Source of the DNA: Candidatus Beckwithbacteria bacterium
GTDB lineage: Bacteria > Patescibacteriota > Microgenomatia > UBA1400 > UBA1449
Reading direction: 5' to 3'
NCBI GenBank assembly: GCA_012797845.1
Contig: JAAZOH010000002.1
Span: 1 to 60,216 of the forward strand
Length of the DNA stretch: 60,216 nucleotides
Shown: piece by piece, positions 56,573 to 60,216 of the stretch
How positions within the stretch are numbered: position 1 is the first letter of the stretch
How the letters are laid out: each line of letters starts with the position of its first letter
The notes under the pieces: model-generated
Database searches by the model: none
Told to the model about the DNA's origin: nothing
What the model saw: the letters and a program-made list of their open reading frames with translations, nothing else
Program-made: the position numbers and the translations under genes

Positions 56573-57819
56573 AAACTTTGCAAGTAGCCTATCGAATTCC
56601 TCCTGATGGTAGGGGTGGCTTAGAAAACCACACTATCCAAATTTGTAAAACCCTGGCTCAAAGCAAAAATCAAGAAGTGGTTTTATTTACCCTTAAAAAA
56701 ACAAAGCTGGGAAAATTTGCCCTGGAAAAGAAACAGTCCAAAGGAGTTTTGATCTATAGATTACTAGTGCCAATTCCACACAACCGCTTTCAGTTCTTCT
56801 TGCAGACTTTGCTTTTCAAACCAATCCTATGCATGGCTTTTATAAAAATTTTACTAGTAGAAAAACCCAAGCTAGTTCATTTTCGCCATTTACTTGGTTT
56901 GAGTGGCTTGCTTCCGGTTATAACTAAAATCTTAGGTAAAAAAACCTGTTTAGACCTGATTGATTACTGGTATTTGTGCCCGGCTATTACCTACCCCTGT
57001 TATGGACAGCTAAGCTTTTGTAGCCAATACTGTTTTTGGCAACAGGAATTAACAGCTCTAGGATTAGTTGTTCAAAACATTCCCTTTTTAAAATACTCCT
57101 ATGCTAGAGGTATGGTCATTTGGCACCAATATTATTGGCGTTTTATTATCAATCATGTTGTAGACATGGTTTTGACTAATTCTTTGCATATCCAAAAGTT
57201 CTATCGCCAACATGGTTTTACTGCTAACAAAGTTGTACCCTGTGGAATTCAACCTTTTAAAGCTTTAGCTAAAACCAATCAAAATAAGATAGTACTTGGC
57301 TTTATTGGGACAGTTTCCCAAGCTAAAGGAATTGAGATTTTGCTTAAAGCATTTGCAAAACTTAGCAATAAAAATGTCACATTAGCTATATATGGGCCTG
57401 CTACTTCCAACTATCAAACTCTGTTTCAAAGATCTAAAAAAATTAGGTATTATGGCCCTTATCAATTGCGCGATTTGCCGACAATGTTGGCTGGAATCGA
57501 TATTTTAGTGGTTCCTTCGGTTTGGGAAGAACCTTATGGTTTAGTAGTTCAAGAAGCCTTAATGAGCCAAACAGTAACGGTGGTTTCTAAGATTGGTGGC
57601 CTAACTGAGCAAATTATCGAAGGTAAAAACGGCTTTTTATTTACAGCTGGTAATTATCAAAACTTAGCTCAAAAATTGGAGCCATTAATAACTCATTTTG
57701 AAAAAATTAAAAACAGTCTTGATTACACATTAAAACGCCGTAGTCTCGAGGATGAAACCAAGGATTTGATCAAGTATTATCAAAATATTATTGGGGATTC
57801 TGAAACAAGCTCAGAATGA
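56569..57819 (+). CDS. glycosyltransferase family 4
   Basis: GGLENH, FIGTVSQAKG, VPSVWEEPYGLVVQEA. Confidence 0.92.
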   Translation: MKTLQVAYRIPPDGRGGLENHTIQICKTLAQSKNQEVVLFTLKKTKLGKFALEKKQSKGVLIYRLLVPIPHNRFQFFLQTLLFKPILCMAFIKILLVEKPKLVHFRHLLGLSGLLPVITKILGKKTCLDLIDYWYLCPAITYPCYGQLSFCSQYCFWQQELTALGLVVQNIPFLKYSYARGMVIWHQYYWRFIINHVVDMVLTNSLHIQKFYRQHGFTANKVVPCGIQPFKALAKTNQNKIVLGFIGTVSQAKGIEILLKAFAKLSNKNVTLAIYGPATSNYQTLFQRSKKIRYYGPYQLRDLPTMLAGIDILVVPSVWEEPYGLVVQEALMSQTVTVVSKIGGLTEQIIEGKNGFLFTAGNYQNLAQKLEPLITHFEKIKNSLDYTLKRRSLEDETKDLIKYYQNIIGDSETSSE

Positions 57820-58838
57820 CATTAATCATGGGACACTTGCAGCAAAAATACACCACAAATTATTTCTTACAATTTGACCAAAAGGGTCGGAAAACCAATT
57901 ATGGCGTGGTGGGTTTGGAAGATTTTTTGTTGGGTCAACCCAGACCTCAGGATCAAAGTATTTTACGCAAAATTGATTTTAAAAATAAAAAAGTTTTGGA
58001 TATCGGTTTTGGCCGAGGTGAAGTCATTAAATATGCCAAAGAGCATGAAGCTAAAAAAGTTATTGGTGTTGATTTTTCTAAACCAGCTTATGAAATTGCC
58101 CTGAATTTTCTAGACATACATCAGATCGAAGCCAAACTTTACTGCCAGGACGCGCTTAATTTTATCCAAAATACTAAGCAGCGATTTGATATTGTCATCA
58201 TGTTTGATGTAGTTGAGCATATCCCCCGCTCTGAACTAACTAGACTCCTTAAGGCTCTCAAACTAAAACTTGCCCAAAAATCAATTTTACTGATCAATAC
58301 CCCAGTATTTGCCCTTGATAATGATGTGGCAAAAGATGGGCTGAAGGCTCAAAACTTTGAAGACACCGATGAGATCGCCGCTACCAAAGATCTGCATATC
58401 AATCGTTATACCAAAACTTCTCTTAAAACCTATCTTCATAGTTTTGGCTTTTTTCCACTGTCTGGCCATATTTTTGTTTACCATTTATCAGGTCAAAATT
58501 GGTTCAACCCAATTGGTCATAACTGGCGAGTGGCTGCCAGCCAAGATTACCCAGTTAATCCCACAGTTTGGTACAAAAAAGAAGTTTATGAATATGCTTA
58601 CTCCAGAAAACAAAAACGCTTGGAAAATAAAAAACTAAGTAACAAACTTCTCAGCTTTCCTAAGTGGTTTGTCAAAGCTTGTCTTTACCGCCTTGATTAC
58701 CGGACAGCTGAGGAAAAACGGCGAGCTCAAATTCAGACACTGCCGATCCTTTATGGGCCCAAGCGTGGCCAAAAAATTAGCGGCAATGTCTTTACCGATC
58801 TTAAATTCCAGAAGCAACTTCTTGGTCTTCGAAAATAG
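57816..58838 (+). CDS. class I SAM-dependent methyltransferase
   Basis: VLDIGFGRGE, GVDFS, FDVVEHI. Confidence 0.88.
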   Translation: MTLIMGHLQQKYTTNYFLQFDQKGRKTNYGVVGLEDFLLGQPRPQDQSILRKIDFKNKKVLDIGFGRGEVIKYAKEHEAKKVIGVDFSKPAYEIALNFLDIHQIEAKLYCQDALNFIQNTKQRFDIVIMFDVVEHIPRSELTRLLKALKLKLAQKSILLINTPVFALDNDVAKDGLKAQNFEDTDEIAATKDLHINRYTKTSLKTYLHSFGFFPLSGHIFVYHLSGQNWFNPIGHNWRVAASQDYPVNPTVWYKKEVYEYAYSRKQKRLENKKLSNKLLSFPKWFVKACLYRLDYRTAEEKRRAQIQTLPILYGPKRGQKISGNVFTDLKFQKQLLGLRK

Positions 58839-58920
58839 TGTCATTCTGAGAAACGTAGTGACGAAGAATTTTTTTTTAGATCCTTCGTCTCCGTTTGCGA
58901 CGGTTTCCCTCAGGATGATA
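58839..58920. repeat. REP-like palindromic miniature element
   Basis: TGTCATTCTGAG..CGAAGAAT..AGATCCTTCG..CTCAGGATGATA; same architecture as 38928-39017. Confidence 0.75.
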
Positions 58921-59023
58921 CAAAGAAAAAAGTACCACACATAATCTTGGGCTTGCAAAAAATCTCCAAAATCAGTATATAGATAGGTATATTGTTACTG
59001 CTGCCTAAGTAACCTGATACGTT

Positions 59024-59611
59024 ATGGACACAACCAGTAAAACCTTGGAACTTCGAGTCAAAGATTTTCTCAAACAAATCAGTCTTAATGAAGCCACAAT
59101 TAGCACTATTTTGGGTGGTCTAGTAGTAGTGATTGTAGCTTTGCTGATTTATAACTATGTCAAACAGCTAGGCACAGAAGCCCAGATCAGTAATACAGCT
59201 GCCAGCACTAGCAATGAAGAGCTTATAAAGCTACAGGCTGGTAGCAACACGTACAAAGTCCAAGCCGGTGAAGGCCTTTGGCAGATTGCTGAAAAAGAAT
59301 ATGGTAATGGGGAGTTTTGGACCGATATTGCTCAAGCCAACTTATTGGACAATCCTGATTTTGTTGAACCTGGCCAAATCTTAGTCTTGCCTCAAGTTGA
59401 TAAATCCAAATTTGGGCAAATCTTATCAGCATCTTCCACCCAAAAACTGACTAGCAATACTTATACCGTTCAGTTAGGTGATGATCTTTACAATATTTCA
59501 ATCAAGGCTTATGGTACTGGCGAACGCTTCATGGAAATAGCTCAAGCCAATAATTTAGCTTCTCCTGATTATTTGGAAGTCGGTCAGGTCCTGACAATTC
59601 CCAGAAATTAA
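59024..59611 (+). CDS. membrane-anchored LysM-domain peptidoglycan-binding protein (2x LysM)
   Basis: TM helix; YKVQAGEGLWQIA..YG and YTVQLGDDLYNIS..YG...IAQAN.L..PD. Confidence 0.92.
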   Translation: MDTTSKTLELRVKDFLKQISLNEATISTILGGLVVVIVALLIYNYVKQLGTEAQISNTAASTSNEELIKLQAGSNTYKVQAGEGLWQIAEKEYGNGEFWTDIAQANLLDNPDFVEPGQILVLPQVDKSKFGQILSASSTQKLTSNTYTVQLGDDLYNISIKAYGTGERFMEIAQANNLASPDYLEVGQVLTIPRN

Positions 59612-59633
59612 CGGTATAATAAAAAATTGAAAT

Positions 59634-59704
59634 GCGGGTATAGTATATCGGTATTATGCTACCTTCCCAAGGTAGAGAGACGGGTTCGACTCCCGTTACC
59701 CGCT
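59634..59704 (+). tRNA. tRNA-Gly(CCC)
   Basis: Acceptor GCGGGTA/TACCCGC, anticodon arm CTACC-ttCCCaa-GGTAG, GGTTCGACTCC T-loop. Confidence 0.97.
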
Positions 59705-59762
59705 CAAAAGAAAAAAACAAATTTTGAGAATTATTTTACATATTTAGAGGCATTACTTGTAT

Positions 59763-60083
59763 ATGACCACTTGTTGGGCAAGTGTCCTGGGTGGGTGTAA
59801 TAGAAAGTCCCAAGAACATATAGTTTCCAGAAATATAATAAAAAAATTGGAAGTAAAAAATACTATTTCAATTTTTGGCGCTCCATGGAATGAATGTGGA
59901 GTAACTCATCTTAACCCATCATCTTTAACTTCAGGTATATTGTGCAGAAAACATAATCAAATGTTATCTGAGGTTGACTTAGAGGCAGGAAAATTATCTA
60001 CCATACTAAACGATATCTTTATTATTTTAATAGATAAAAAGTACGATAAAACTAACATAGAAAAAAAATTAAATGGCAAATAA
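59763..60083 (+). pseudogene. HNH-type Zn-finger endonuclease-like gene truncated by IS insertion
   Basis: CWAS..GC..SQEH ... LCRKHN..LS.VD (EH...CxxHN). The stop TAA lies inside the IS end starting at 60080. Confidence 0.6.
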
Positions 60084-60216
60084 ACTACACACGGTCTAAA
60101 GACCGTGGTTTTAATCCTTCTCTGGCATAATTTCTTTATTGTCTTTAATGTACTTTTTTATTTGTAAGTAATTGGTTTTACCTATGGTTTCAGCAAAGTA
60201 GCCATCAGCCCAAAAA
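60080..60216 (-). mobile_element. IS200/IS605-family element, right end (partial, contig end)
   Basis: Exact reverse complement of positions 2-138; tnpA fragment at 60111-60215. Confidence 0.9.

Noticed and set aside
1-60216. 138-bp perfect terminal inverted repeat suggesting a linear plasmid, phage or giant transposon
   Set aside because: The repeat is the 3' end of an IS200 tnpA plus its right-end hairpin, and the interior has tRNAs and housekeeping genes. An assembly break at a multicopy IS is simpler. IS200 does not use TIRs.
1-60216. CRISPR array, DGR (reverse transcriptase, TR/VR) or rRNA
   Set aside because: No regularly spaced repeat-spacer series, no RT ORF and no rRNA-like tract seen. 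The only long repeat pair differs at synonymous sites rather than at adenines.
1-60216. Stop-codon reassignment (genetic code 25 as in Gracilibacteria)
   Set aside because: Long ORFs are intact in code 11 and several genes end at TGA in coupled ATGA junctions (e.g. 56572, 57819).

Overview
AT-rich bacterial chromosomal contig, most likely from a Patescibacteria/CPR (Microgenomates-like) genome. This is an inference from the gene style, many small membrane/lipoprotein orphans and an RND pump without TolC. The standard genetic code fits, since TGA is used as a stop. Both ends stop inside inverted copies of the same IS200/IS605 tnpA right end, so the window looks like a contig broken at a repeat. 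About 0.1-20.7 kb is accessory DNA. It opens with a MoaA/twitch-like radical SAM - HAD phosphatase - GT4 operon divergent from an APH-like kinase. Next come an Mrr remnant cut by a complete IS200, and an ArdC-like gene preceded by a ~120-nt strand-asymmetric hairpin whose right arm is duplicated 2.2 kb upstream. A type I R-M operon follows, interleaved with a NucS-like/DUF5655 nuclease, an ABC-ATPase-TOPRIM protein and a wHTH-HATPase-STAS regulator, and then an XRE / large serine recombinase / PLD module. About 20.7-60 kb is mostly core or semi-core: PHP (3' end duplicated as a synonymous-variant allele around tRNA-Asp), RND efflux + TetR, DEAD helicase, GT-C glycosyltransferases, 5'-nucleotidase, ArsM, large surface proteins, GH13, cyclophilin, glmS preceded by a variant glmS ribozyme, flippase/GT4/methyltransferase, LysM protein, tRNA-Gly and an IS-truncated HNH-like gene. 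All family calls come from motif recognition by eye; no database searches were run.
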